From assembly GCA_036339735.1 (NCBI GenBank), contig JAYZAL010000088.1:1-64000 (forward strand): DNA of 64,000 bases, read 5' to 3'. Position 1 is the stretch's first letter, and every line of letters begins with the position of its first letter. The position numbers were made by a program, and so were the translations under genes. Below are positions 10,501 to 20,320 of the stretch, piece after piece. A model generated the notes under the pieces. The model searched no databases and had not been told where the DNA came from. It saw nothing but the letters and a program-made list of their open reading frames with translations. This DNA is from Candidatus Poribacteria bacterium. Lineage in GTDB: Bacteria > Poribacteria > WGA-4E > UBA9662.

Positions 10501-11001
10501 TCAACCCATTGGACTACGTAACATAGCGATCTTACCGGTTTTGACAATCTGTTTAATACCGTAAGGACGTAACATATCCAAGAAGGCACACACTTTATCT
10601 GAGTCACCAGTAACTTCAATAGTCACGTCACTGGTCGTCACATCCACGGTCTTAGCTCGAAAAATATCAACTATCTGCAGAATTTCAGCCCGTTCTTGAG
10701 TGTCACATCCCACTTTTACCAACGCCAATTCCCGCTCCACGTGCTTCTCAGTTGTTAGGTCGCGTACCTTAATTACATCAATCAACCGGTTAAGTTGTTT
10801 TTCTATCTGTTCAATAATCTGTGTATCACCATTTGTGACAATAGTCATACTAGATACTTTGGGGTCATCGGTTTCAGCAACTGACAGACTATCAATATTG
10901 AAGTTGCGACCGCTAAATAAACCTGCGACCCGAGCTAAAACACCAAACCGGTTTTCGACCAAAACAGAAAAAATGTGGGTTTCTGTTACTGGCTTTGACA
11001 T
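10501..11001 (-). CDS. ilvN: Acetolactate synthase small (regulatory) subunit
   Basis: ACT domain VENRFGVLARVAGLFSGRNFNIDSL; ERELALVKV. 1-nt overlap with the ilvB stop. Confidence 0.96.
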   Translation of the reverse strand: MSKPVTETHIFSVLVENRFGVLARVAGLFSGRNFNIDSLSVAETDDPKVSSMTIVTNGDTQIIEQIEKQLNRLIDVIKVRDLTTEKHVERELALVKVGCDTQERAEILQIVDIFRAKTVDVTTSDVTIEVTGDSDKVCAFLDMLRPYGIKQIVKTGKIAMLRSPMG

Positions 11002-12695
11002 TAGGCTAAACCCCGGATTAGTTGATCTAACCCGGCACCAGAAGGCACCATAGGATAGACGTTTTCTTCTTCATCCACAATAAAGTCTATTACCACTGGC
11101 CCATCGTCAATTTCTTTAGCTCTCTCCATGGCAGGTCGGACATCTTCCGGCCGATCGACTCTAATGCCTGTAGCACCGAAAGCGTCAGCGAGTTTGGCAA
11201 AATCCGGATTGTCGTGGTAATCCACAGCGGAATATCTTTGGTTAAAAAACAGCTCTTGCCATTGTCGCACCATACCTAAATACATATTGTTAATGATGAA
11301 AATTTTAAGAGGCAACTTCATAGTAACGGCTGGTACTAATTCTTGAATATTCATGATATAGGAACCGTCTCCATTGATATTGACCAAAGTCTTGTCGGGC
11401 CTCCCTAACTGTGCGCCGATGGTAGCAGGTAGACTAAAGCCCATTGTACCTAATCCACCAGAATTTATCCATTGTCTGTGTTCAGTATACTTAAAATATT
11501 GGGCTGCCCACATCTGATGTTGGCCTACATCCGCAGTGATAATTGCGTCAGGAAACAGGTCATAAGTCTGTTCAATTACATACTGTGGCATGATGTTATC
11601 TCCGTTTTGTCGGTACTCAAACGGGTATTTGTCTTGCCATTCTTGAATTTGTTTCATCCAAGGTTCAATTTGTGCAGGTTGTGCCATTTCATTCATATCG
11701 CTTAAAATACGCTTAGCATCTCCGACGATTGGCACATCAACTGCTACATTTTTACCGATACAAGAAGGATCAATATCAATATGAATTTTCTTGGATTTTT
11801 GAGCAAATCTATCCAAATTTCCGGTAACTCGATCATCAAACCTAGCACCAACAGCAATAATCAAGTCAGCATCCGTAAAAGCATAATTCGCACAGCAAGA
11901 ACCATGCATTCCAGGCATTTGCATCGCGAGAGGATGAGTTTCTGGAAAAGCTCCTAGTCCCATAAGTGTAACAGTGATTGGAATACCGGTTTTATAAGCG
12001 AATTGACGTAATTCCTGATGCGCATTAGACAGCGTAACACCACCTCCCGCATAAATCATCGGGCGCTTAGCCTGTTTAATTAGGTCCATCGCCTTCTTGA
12101 TCTGGCCAGGATGTCCATTTAGGGTTGGGTTGTAGCTACGAAGATGAACTGATTCAGGATAATGAAACTCTGACTCTTGAATTTGAGCGTCTTTCGCAAA
12201 ATCAATCACCACGGGTCCAGGACGACCAGTACTGGCAATGTGAAAAGCCTCGGCCACCACATCTGCTACTTCGCTACTATCTTTTATCAGGTAGCTGTGC
12301 TTGCAGATTGGTCGAGTAACTCCGAGGACATCACACTCTTGAAATGCATCATTGCCCATTAGATGCGTTGGAACCTGTCCAGTGATAGCCACCATGGGAA
12401 TTGAATCCATATGGGCATTAGCAATACCTGTTACCAAGTTGGTTGCTCCAGGACCGGAAGTTGCCAGTACAACACCAACTTTACCTGTTGCTCGGGCATA
12501 GCCATCAGCAGCGTGAGCAGTTCCTTGCTCATGCCGCATTGTGATGAGTTTGAGCCCCTCGACAGCATATAACTCATCAAAAATCGGCATAGCAGCTCCA
12601 CCCTGTACGCCAAAAATATATTCAACTTCTGCCTTCTTAAGGCTCTCGATCAGAATCTTTGCACCTTTCATTTGCGAACTTGGTAGGTTTCCCAT
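11001..12695 (-). CDS. ilvB: Acetolactate synthase large subunit
   Basis: RHEQG, TSGPGATN, DAFQE, RFDDRVTG, DVGQHQMW, SGGLGTMG, TPP motif GDGS...NN. Confidence 0.97.
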   Translation of the reverse strand: MGNLPSSQMKGAKILIESLKKAEVEYIFGVQGGAAMPIFDELYAVEGLKLITMRHEQGTAHAADGYARATGKVGVVLATSGPGATNLVTGIANAHMDSIPMVAITGQVPTHLMGNDAFQECDVLGVTRPICKHSYLIKDSSEVADVVAEAFHIASTGRPGPVVIDFAKDAQIQESEFHYPESVHLRSYNPTLNGHPGQIKKAMDLIKQAKRPMIYAGGGVTLSNAHQELRQFAYKTGIPITVTLMGLGAFPETHPLAMQMPGMHGSCCANYAFTDADLIIAVGARFDDRVTGNLDRFAQKSKKIHIDIDPSCIGKNVAVDVPIVGDAKRILSDMNEMAQPAQIEPWMKQIQEWQDKYPFEYRQNGDNIMPQYVIEQTYDLFPDAIITADVGQHQMWAAQYFKYTEHRQWINSGGLGTMGFSLPATIGAQLGRPDKTLVNINGDGSYIMNIQELVPAVTMKLPLKIFIINNMYLGMVRQWQELFFNQRYSAVDYHDNPDFAKLADAFGATGIRVDRPEDVRPAMERAKEIDDGPVVIDFIVDEEENVYPMVPSGAGLDQLIRGLA

Positions 12696-12773
12696 TAGTT
12701 TTTGGCTCCGGAAAGTATTTATCTATTGGTATGTTTTAACACAATAAAAACAGGCGAGCTAAATCAAGGCAAC

Positions 12774-13056
12774 AAAAAAGCCTTTCTCTCTCTCAACCAG
12801 AAGACATCTAGTTTTGGAGACGAGAAAGGCTTAAAACTCTTTTCCCCGCGGTACCACTCCACTTCTTCGCCTAGACGGGCGAAGCGCTCGTTCGATGCTA
12901 TCACGGGCATCAGCCGATCGTCCTTACACACGGGCGCCCGGTTGGGGACAACAGCTCCTGAGCGACGTTCAGCCGTTGAACTTGAGGGAACTTCTCAGCT
13001 GACTAGCTCCCCTCTCTTGCAAGCCAATTCGGCCTACTCTTCTCATTCATCACTTT
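12774..13056 (-). ncRNA. T-box riboswitch leader of ilvBNC, predicted Val (GUC) specifier
   Basis: Minus strand shows AGUA box (GAAGAGUA), AG box (AGAGAG), distal loop GCUGAGA, specifier loop GAA-C-GUC-G, GA motif (GGAGC), T-box GGAGUGGUACCGCG (12860-12847), then terminator AAGCCUUUCUC...GAGAAAGGCUUUUUU. Confidence 0.9.
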
Positions 13057-13070
13057 TTGACACGGGCTAA

Positions 13071-13099
13071 AGTATACCCAGTGCAAATAAGGCTGTCAA
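13071..13099 (-). promoter_or_regulatory. Sigma70-type promoter for the T-box/ilvBNC transcript
   Basis: Minus strand TTGACA (13099-13094), 17 nt, TATACT (13076-13071), just upstream of T-box stem I. Confidence 0.75.
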
Positions 13100-13131
13100 A
13101 CTAATTTATTTCGATCTTGAAGCTGAATAAA

Positions 13132-13746
13132 TTAGCTTTTCGCGCTAGCGTACAGTTCGTTGACCTTATTCCAATTTATGAAACTGATAAAGTCACTGAC
13201 ATAACTTGGACGAAGGTTCTGATACTTTAAGTAATAAGCATGTTCCCAAACATCCAGACCAATGATAGGAGTATCACCTTTCATCAGTGGACTATCTTGG
13301 TTAGCGGTAGAGTAAATTTCCAAATTACCGCTACTATTCACAACAAGCCAAGCCCAACCAGAACCAAACCTAGTACCAGCTGCAGTTCCGAACTGATCTC
13401 TGGCTGAATCTAGCGAACCGAAAGTAGCAACTAAATCCGATACTAGTTCGGCTGAAGGTTCACCGCTGCCACCTGGGGCGAGAATTTCCCAGAATAAAGA
13501 ATGGTTGGCGTGTCCACCACCGTTGTTAATAACGGCCTGTTTTTTTTCATCTGGTACACTATCAATCTGTCCGAGTAAATCTTCAATTGATAAATCGGCA
13601 AGATCACTTAGGCCCTCTAAGGCAGCGTTTAGATTAGTTACGTACCCATTGTGGTGTTTACTATGATGGATTTCCATTGTCTGAGCCCCAACGAAATCGT
13701 CAAGGTCTGCGTAATCGTACGGAAGTGCTGGAAGTGTATGTGCCAT
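13132..13746 (-). CDS. sodA: Superoxide dismutase, Mn/Fe family (Mn-type signatures)
   Basis: HHSKHH, NNGGGHANHSLFW, FGSGWAWL, ANQDSPL, DVWEHAYY. Confidence 0.95.
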   Translation of the reverse strand: MAHTLPALPYDYADLDDFVGAQTMEIHHSKHHNGYVTNLNAALEGLSDLADLSIEDLLGQIDSVPDEKKQAVINNGGGHANHSLFWEILAPGGSGEPSAELVSDLVATFGSLDSARDQFGTAAGTRFGSGWAWLVVNSSGNLEIYSTANQDSPLMKGDTPIIGLDVWEHAYYLKYQNLRPSYVSDFISFINWNKVNELYASAKS

Positions 13747-13798
13747 AAATCTATTCCTTAGAAACTATAAACAAACTGAGTTAACTACAACGTCAGTT

Positions 13799-13807
13799 AT
13801 TATATCA
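13799..13807 (-). promoter_or_regulatory. Extended -10 element upstream of sodA
   Basis: Minus strand TGaTATAAT about 50 nt upstream of the ATG; no good -35. Confidence 0.4.
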
Positions 13808-13893
13808 TAGATAAAAAGATTGAATCCAAAAGTTTTGTAAGAAAAACATTTTTGTAACTGTTACTAGCCATAATTTAACAGAATTGGTCATTA

Positions 13894-14994
13894 TTAGCCA
13901 CCCTTCCCGTCAAACTGAAAGCTTGACATGAAAATGACCTGGTCTGGCTTATCAAAATGGTACCAGTAAAAAGCTTCAAACTGGGCTTTAGAGGTAGCCT
14001 TGTAGCGAGAAGTAATGATGAGCCGCTTTTCGCTTGAATTGTTAGTATAATCCGAATTGACGTTAAGTGATTCGTACCGGCAGGCTAAGTGAAAGTTTGG
14101 GCTCCATCTGTACTTAAATTCCACAGAAAGGCCGTTACTATCAATAGTACGTAATCTGCGACGAGCTCGGACGTCATACTCGCCCTCGATTGACAATCTA
14201 CCGAAATTGGCTGTTATGAAAGGTGCAGTTAAGGTTTCCACTACTTGTTCCGGTTTATCAATCAAGTGAGAAATTCCGAACCGGAAATTAGAAAACCGAC
14301 CACCTATGGTAGCCATAAAACCTTTGTGCTGGTTGGTTTCGAACTCTTGCCGATTACCGTTAAAAACGGCAGCGTTGAAGAAAAAGTCTTCAACATGACC
14401 GGTCATTGCAATACCGATATCACGTTTATTAGATCCAATGTTATTACCTGATCTTAGTAAATGATTGTGATCCTTATGTGGAATAGCAAAAGGGAGTTCG
14501 AATTTTCCAAACTTTACATGTAGTTGATCTTTATAAAGTTTAAGCAGGCCATAGGCATCCAAGGTTTCTCCTAAGTTGTTAGCAATAGTAACACTTGCCC
14601 GTTCAGAGATTACGGCGTGGGCACGTAATTCTGACTTCATTAAAATGAAACTATCAAAGCCTGAGTGGCAGGAAACACAGCCAGGCTGTTGTGGGTTTTC
14701 AGATTTAACTTCAGTTGTTTTAATGTAGGCATTTCTCACATTACCACTGAATTGTATTTTAGTGTCTACTGACTCTTCTTCTATTTTATGTTCTATAGAG
14801 AAGTCCTCTGGAAAGGTGAAGCCGTTATCTTCATAAATTTTTCCGATTTTGTTTCTTTCTCCGCCACCATCGGGATCAAAGTGGCAGGTAAGGCAGTTGG
14901 TCTCTTCCTGAGCAGCAAACTCTGGTAATGCGTTTACCTTGCAGACGCATAGAATCAATAGATTAGCAAATATCAGGAAATAAATTTTATTCAT
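13894..14994 (-). CDS. Cytochrome c-porin fusion (Cyc2-like architecture) with two CxxCH motifs
   Basis: Signal peptide MNKIY...VNA, then LPEFAAQEETNCLTCH...GKIYEDNGFT, a second CVSCH, and amphipathic beta-strand pattern (KFGKFELPF, AVFNG, RYE). ATG 14994 preferred over track start 15054. Confidence 0.65.
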   Translation of the reverse strand: MNKIYFLIFANLLILCVCKVNALPEFAAQEETNCLTCHFDPDGGGERNKIGKIYEDNGFTFPEDFSIEHKIEEESVDTKIQFSGNVRNAYIKTTEVKSENPQQPGCVSCHSGFDSFILMKSELRAHAVISERASVTIANNLGETLDAYGLLKLYKDQLHVKFGKFELPFAIPHKDHNHLLRSGNNIGSNKRDIGIAMTGHVEDFFFNAAVFNGNRQEFETNQHKGFMATIGGRFSNFRFGISHLIDKPEQVVETLTAPFITANFGRLSIEGEYDVRARRRLRTIDSNGLSVEFKYRWSPNFHLACRYESLNVNSDYTNNSSEKRLIITSRYKATSKAQFEAFYWYHFDKPDQVIFMSSFQFDGKGG

Positions 14995-15556
14995 AGACAA
15001 AGGGAGGGTTAGGGGTTGACTGGTAAAAAATTTTGATAGTGTCGACGGATCCAATTGTTTTATCGGATTTTATTATATTTTAAAGTTAATTTTCTATTAG
15101 AAACAGAGACCAACCATATTGTGTATTGGTACATAAAACATGTCCAGTTTATTTTTCAGTCCGTATAGCTAATAGGTTATAAAGTAAATTTTGACTTCTA
15201 ATAAAATAGATCGATAAGTCAACTCCAATTCATAAGCTTTACAAGTCTTCACAAACCTTAACGAATTGAATTAGGATGAAGGGCTAGCAGAGAGATGTAA
15301 AGTTTGAAAATCTTGTTTGTTTTTGAAATCGTATATATGAAATCGACTGTTAGAGTAAAATCAACATTAACCGAATTTGATAAAATAAAAACTTCCCACC
15401 CTTGATTAGTTCCGTTTGGGGGCATAGAACAAAATTTTATAACTCGGCCTTGATAGTCTGAATTTTTGATTTTAGAATGATTTCGTTTTCTATCTCCAGC
15501 TGAATATCCATTTTCATCTGGTTATTACTAGGTAAATTTGAGTATTTGGTCGGTAA

Positions 15557-15585
15557 TTGACAGTCATGAGGAAAAGTGATATTTT
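15557..15585 (+). promoter_or_regulatory. Possible sigma70 promoter upstream of the LamG gene
   Basis: TTGACA (15557-15562), 17 nt, TATTTT preceded by TGn. Confidence 0.4.
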
Positions 15586-15705
15586 GACTCTGTAGTCCAT
15601 TATTTGAGTGGCTTAAAGAGATCGATATAATTTATTGCCACTGACGATACAGCCACAGTTAGCAACTAAAAATCAATTCAGTTCTTTAATAAAAAATGGG
15701 AGTTA

Positions 15706-16455
15706 GTGATGATAAAATCGGTGTTTGAGTCGATTGTGATTGTGTGTTTGTTTGTCTCTATTAGTTCGGCTGAACTCAAGGATGGATTAATCGGTTATTG
15801 GAAATTTGATGAAGGAAAAGGGGATAAGGTCCAGGACAAATCAGACAAAGAACACCATGGAGAAGTAGTAGAAGGAAAGTCCGAATGGGTAAAAGGGAAA
15901 GAAAAAACAGGTTTCTATTTTGCGAACACAGATATCAAAGTCAATGATCACAAAGATTTTCACCTAGAGCAAGGGGTTTCAGTTGCCTTGTGGGCTAAAC
16001 CCGATGGTCCACAAGCTGACTGGGCAAAGTTTGTATGTAAACAGAAAACCGGCGAATATCCGTATTCATTACAATATGATAATGCCCAATCGATTTTTGC
16101 CACAGTTAACGCGTCCGGCCGAATTGATACTGCGCCCAAATTACCAAGTTTCAAAGAATGGTCCCACTTATGCTTTACCTACGATGGTGAAGCAATTGTC
16201 TTATACAAAGACGGAAAAGAAGTAGCTAGAACTGAAGGTAAGGGTAAGTTACAACAAAACCAAGAACCTATCTCTATCGGTGGTCGTCTCAATTCGGGGC
16301 AAGATTTTAAGGGATCAATCGACGAAGTCATGCTATACAACCGTGGTTTAACAGCTGAAGAAGTAATAACTATTTACAAAGGCGGAAACCTGTTTGATAT
16401 TGATCCAACTTCCGATAAATTATCTTTGACTTGGAGTTGGATTAAGTACAAATAG
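15706..16455 (+). CDS. Secreted LamG / concanavalin A-like jelly-roll protein with C-terminal TWxxIK tail
   Basis: Signal peptide, LIGYWKFDEGKG, WSHLCFTYDG, FKGSIDEVMLYNRGLTAEEV; tail DIDPTSDKLSLTWSWIK. Confidence 0.88.
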   Translation: MMIKSVFESIVIVCLFVSISSAELKDGLIGYWKFDEGKGDKVQDKSDKEHHGEVVEGKSEWVKGKEKTGFYFANTDIKVNDHKDFHLEQGVSVALWAKPDGPQADWAKFVCKQKTGEYPYSLQYDNAQSIFATVNASGRIDTAPKLPSFKEWSHLCFTYDGEAIVLYKDGKEVARTEGKGKLQQNQEPISIGGRLNSGQDFKGSIDEVMLYNRGLTAEEVITIYKGGNLFDIDPTSDKLSLTWSWIKYK

Positions 16456-16552
16456 CTACAGTGTTAACCTATAATCCAGATTGGCTGCGTCTTTATTATG
16501 TTATAATTTTCCGAGAAAAAGAATCTGATTTACCCTTGGGTCAACAGGCATT

Positions 16553-17320
16553 ATGATGCTTTTATCTAACCAGCAAAAACGTGATTTTTATGACAATGGA
16601 TACCTATGTTTGCCAAATGCTGTTTCTTCGACCGTAGTTGATTCTGCGTTACGATCAATTAATCATTCATTGGGCGAAGAAGGCATGAATAAAGAAGAGT
16701 TACCAACACTTCGAGCACAATCTTACTGTAGGGAAATACGCGAGTCTCCGTCAATTACCAACCTGATTAATCAATCTCAGTTAATCGGGGTCATGGATGA
16801 TTTATTAGGAGTAGACAATTTGGGGCCAATAAAATCAGGGCAAATTGCTCTTCGCTTTCCTCGTCGATCGTCGGACAAAATAAGTCCACCGAATGGTCAT
16901 TTAGATGGTTTGGGCAGTGGTCTTAACGGTTCAGATAAAGGCACTTATCGACGAAATTTTACTGCCTTGGCCGTAGTTTTGTTAAGCCCACTACCAAGCA
17001 TCAATAGTGGTAATTTTACTGTGTGGCCTAAGTCTCATAATTTTTTCGCTGATTATTTCCGAAAACATGGTACTGAGGTATTAGCGGCTGGAATGCCAAA
17101 GGTCGAATTACCAGAAGCCCCAGTCCAACTTACTGGCCTACCGGGAGATATAATCCTGACGCACCATCAGACTGTACACACGGCAGCCCCCAATCATTCA
17201 TCATACATCCGGTATGCGGCCATTTTTCGTCTTCATCACCGGAATGCAATTGGTAATGATGCCTACACCAATCCTTGGTATGAGTGGCCAGGAATTAGTC
17301 AAATTACTAAGCACAAATAA
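16553..17320 (+). CDS. Phytanoyl-CoA dioxygenase (PhyH) family Fe(II)/2OG enzyme
   Basis: FYDNGYL, HxD (GHLDG), GNFTVWPKSH, PGDIIL...VHTAAPN...R. Confidence 0.85.
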   Translation: MMLLSNQQKRDFYDNGYLCLPNAVSSTVVDSALRSINHSLGEEGMNKEELPTLRAQSYCREIRESPSITNLINQSQLIGVMDDLLGVDNLGPIKSGQIALRFPRRSSDKISPPNGHLDGLGSGLNGSDKGTYRRNFTALAVVLLSPLPSINSGNFTVWPKSHNFFADYFRKHGTEVLAAGMPKVELPEAPVQLTGLPGDIILTHHQTVHTAAPNHSSYIRYAAIFRLHHRNAIGNDAYTNPWYEWPGISQITKHK

Positions 17321-17368
17321 TTTTTTAAACACTCTTGGAAATATAAAACTTAATCAAAGGTTAATCTT

Positions 17369-18034
17369 ATGAATATTTTGATGTTAAGACATTCAGCTGG
17401 TTTTGAGCACACTTATCTGCCAGATGCAGAAGTTGCACTAAAAAAAATTGGTGTGAAAAATAATTGGCATGTCAGAACAACTCACCATTGCCAAGGAATT
17501 AACGCAGAACAACTCGACCAAATTGATCTGTTAATTTTTGCTACTACAGGTAATTTGCCTCTTGATGATACCCAAAAACAAGATCTACTCAATTATGTCA
17601 AAGGTGGTAAACCATTCTTTGGTATACACAATGCTACTGATACTTTTTATGATTGGAAAGAGTATGGTGAAATGATCGGGGGTTATTTTTCAGGCCACCC
17701 TTGGACTCAAGAAGTAGGTGTAATTGTGGAAGATCAAGAACACCCAGCAACCCGTATGTTAGATGAAAAATTTACTGTTTTCGATGAAATTTATACTTTC
17801 AAATCCTGGGATAGAGAAAAAACACATGTTTTAATGCGGCTGGATAATGAATCCGTCGACTTATCTAAAGGTAACCGCGAAGACCACGATTATGCGCTTG
17901 CTTGGTGCCACGAATATGGAGAAGGTCGTGTAATGTACACGGCACTCGGACATCCTGATGAATTGTGGCATCAAGACTGGTTCCATCAACACATAGAAGG
18001 TTGTATAAAATGGGCTACAGGACTAGAAAGCTAG
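17369..18034 (+). CDS. ThuA-like (class I GATase-fold) domain protein
   Basis: SAGFEH, GIHNATDT, GGYFSGHP, DEIY, GRVMYTALGH. Confidence 0.88.
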   Translation: MNILMLRHSAGFEHTYLPDAEVALKKIGVKNNWHVRTTHHCQGINAEQLDQIDLLIFATTGNLPLDDTQKQDLLNYVKGGKPFFGIHNATDTFYDWKEYGEMIGGYFSGHPWTQEVGVIVEDQEHPATRMLDEKFTVFDEIYTFKSWDREKTHVLMRLDNESVDLSKGNREDHDYALAWCHEYGEGRVMYTALGHPDELWHQDWFHQHIEGCIKWATGLES

Positions 18035-18055
18035 AACTAGTTTGAATGTAGACCA

Positions 18056-18715
18056 ATGACAATAAATCGTGTTCTAGAACCAGAAGTAATGAATAGCATT
18101 GAGGAGTCTGAAGCTTATGCGAATATGGATTTCTTGTCAGTCAATACAGATTTTGTCGATCAGTTGATCCGATTAGGTGCTTGCTCTGGACATTTTCTTG
18201 ATATCGGTACTGGTCCGGCTCAAATTCCTATTCTGCTGGCACAAAGACAACCCCAGGTTAGTATTACGGCCGTTGATTTGTCCGAAGAAATGTTGAAGAT
18301 CGCAGAAAAGGAAGTTCAATCGGCTAATCTTAGCCAACGGGTTACCCTTCAAATGGCTGACGCTAAGAAACTTCCTTTCCCAGATGACTATTTCGATGGA
18401 GTTTTTTCCAACAGTGTTATTCATCATATTCCAGAACCAATTAAAGTCATGCTAGAAGTTAAGCGGGTACTAAAACCATCTGGCCTAATCTTTTTTCGAG
18501 ATTTAAAAAGACTAGAGTCTGTGGCTGCTATCAACACGATAGTTACCAAATACGCTAAGGATGACACAGAACATCAACGCAAGCTTTTTCGCGATTCGCT
18601 GTTCGCCGCTTTAACTGTCGAAGAGATGACCGAAATTATCCGTTCAGTTAACCTAGAAGCAACGGTCACGTCTAGCTCAGACCGACATTGGTCGATTGAA
18701 CCAAATCTCAAATAA
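18056..18715 (+). CDS. Class I SAM-dependent methyltransferase
   Basis: [36 protein letters not shown]. Confidence 0.9.
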   Translation: MTINRVLEPEVMNSIEESEAYANMDFLSVNTDFVDQLIRLGACSGHFLDIGTGPAQIPILLAQRQPQVSITAVDLSEEMLKIAEKEVQSANLSQRVTLQMADAKKLPFPDDYFDGVFSNSVIHHIPEPIKVMLEVKRVLKPSGLIFFRDLKRLESVAAINTIVTKYAKDDTEHQRKLFRDSLFAALTVEEMTEIIRSVNLEATVTSSSDRHWSIEPNLK

Positions 18716-18752
18716 AAAAATAAAAATCTTAAAAAAAGTAAAGGGAAGAAAT

Positions 18753-19499
18753 ATGTACACGCTTGTTCTGCTTCGACATGGTGAGAGCCAATGGAATAAG
18801 GAGAATAGATTCACTGGTTGGGCGGATGTTGATCTGTCAAAGAAAGGAGTACAAGAAGCACAAAGTGGTGGAAAGGCTTTAAAAGATAATGGTTACACTT
18901 TTGATGTTGCTTATGTGTCACTACTCAAACGTGCCATTAAAACTTTATGGCTAACACTGGAAGAAATGGATCTAATGTGGATTCCAGTTGAAAGATCTTG
19001 GAGATTGAACGAACGGCACTACGGCGCTTTGCAAGGATTGAATAAAGCCGAAACAGCTGCGCAACATGGAGAGGATCAAGTTCTGATTTGGCGACGAAGT
19101 TTTAGTACCCCACCTCCAGAATTAACAGTGGACCATCCACATTATCCGGGACAGGATGCGCGCTATGCCAACCTTGACGATTCAGATTTACCGCTAACTG
19201 AGTGCTTGGCCGATACTTGTCTACGGTTTCAACCGTATTGGGAAAACACAATTGCTCCTGCTATTAAATCAGGCAAAAGAGTATTGATTGCTGCTCATGG
19301 AAATAGTCTACGAGCACTAGTTAAAGACCTAGAAGGACTATCCGATGAAGAAATTCTACAAGTTAACATACCGACCGGCCTACCCTTGGTATATCGCTTA
19401 GACCAAGAGCTGAAACCAATAGAAAAATTTTATTTGGGGGACGAAGAAGCTGTCAGAGCAGCCATGGAAGCCGTTGCTAATCAGGGAAAAGCTTCGTAG
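18753..19499 (+). CDS. gpmA: 2,3-BPG-dependent phosphoglycerate mutase
   Basis: [42 protein letters not shown] 18753 follows AAGGGAAG. Confidence 0.97.
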   Translation: MYTLVLLRHGESQWNKENRFTGWADVDLSKKGVQEAQSGGKALKDNGYTFDVAYVSLLKRAIKTLWLTLEEMDLMWIPVERSWRLNERHYGALQGLNKAETAAQHGEDQVLIWRRSFSTPPPELTVDHPHYPGQDARYANLDDSDLPLTECLADTCLRFQPYWENTIAPAIKSGKRVLIAAHGNSLRALVKDLEGLSDEEILQVNIPTGLPLVYRLDQELKPIEKFYLGDEEAVRAAMEAVANQGKAS

Positions 19500-19526
19500 A
19501 TACTTTTAAGTACACCTGTGCCAAAT

Positions 19527-20111
19527 TTACAAACAATTCATAAATTCGGCACGGGTGGCATGGCCTTCTCGAAATTCGCCCAGCATGACGTTAGTAACCG
19601 TACTGGAGCTCTGTTTTTCTACTCCCCTCACCATCATGCACATGTGTTGTGCTTCTATGACGACTGCTACCCCTTTGGGAGCTAAGACTTGGTCTAAAAT
19701 TTGGGCCACCTGGTAAGTTAATCTCTCCTGAACCTGTAAACGTCTAGCGAAAACATCCACTAAACGTGGGATCTTACTCAAACCGATAATTTTATTCTGT
19801 GGCAGATAACCGACGTGGCACTTGCCGAAAAAAGGCAAAATATGGTGCTCGCATAAACTGTAAAATTCGATATCCTTAACGATTACCATATCGTCATACT
19901 CTTCATCGAAAATAGCTTCGTTAACAATTTTCCCAATGTCTTGCTGATATCCTTGGGTCAGATATTGCATGGCTAATGCCGCTCGTTTAGGAGTTTTTAT
20001 CAACCCCTGTCGCTCAGGATCTTCGCCAATCTGTTGTAGTAAATTTTGGTAATGTTCTTCGATCGAGTTATCAACTAATGCTGTTTTTTCATCAAAATTG
20101 TAGGATACCAT
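19527..20111 (-). CDS. folE: GTP cyclohydrolase I
   Basis: [35 protein letters not shown]. Confidence 0.97.
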   Translation of the reverse strand: MVSYNFDEKTALVDNSIEEHYQNLLQQIGEDPERQGLIKTPKRAALAMQYLTQGYQQDIGKIVNEAIFDEEYDDMVIVKDIEFYSLCEHHILPFFGKCHVGYLPQNKIIGLSKIPRLVDVFARRLQVQERLTYQVAQILDQVLAPKGVAVVIEAQHMCMMVRGVEKQSSSTVTNVMLGEFREGHATRAEFMNCL

Positions 20112-20150
20112 TTCCTGATTTTTCCTGATTTTTCCTGATTTTTCCTGATT
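20111..20150. repeat. Perfect tandem repeat (TTTCCTGATT)x4 abutting the folE start codon
   Basis: Four exact 10-nt copies read directly; on the minus strand each is AATCAGGAAA, and the final A is the A of the folE ATG. Confidence 0.95.
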
Positions 20151-20320
20151 CTATATTACTATTTAAATTTAACGTTTCGTGATTCCGTATTCAATTTTTT
20201 ATATTGACACTTCGGAATACTCTATTGGTGTTATTAATGCATGAGTTGACAGATAACTTAATAGGAACGGCCAGATGAGCCGAATGGGAATTGATTATTT
20301 GTTTACTATGATTGGATAAG

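Noticed and set aside
12702-13070. 122-aa plus-strand ORF in the track
   Set aside because: It is antisense to the T-box leader and its terminator and has no protein-like motifs.
15586-15705. Possible riboswitch or ribozyme in the LamG leader (AGTGGC/GCCACT stem, GCCACTG, CTGACGA)
   Set aside because: It lacks the remaining cobalamin (GGGAA/GGGAAG) and hammerhead (GAAA) core elements. A covariance search would be needed to say more.
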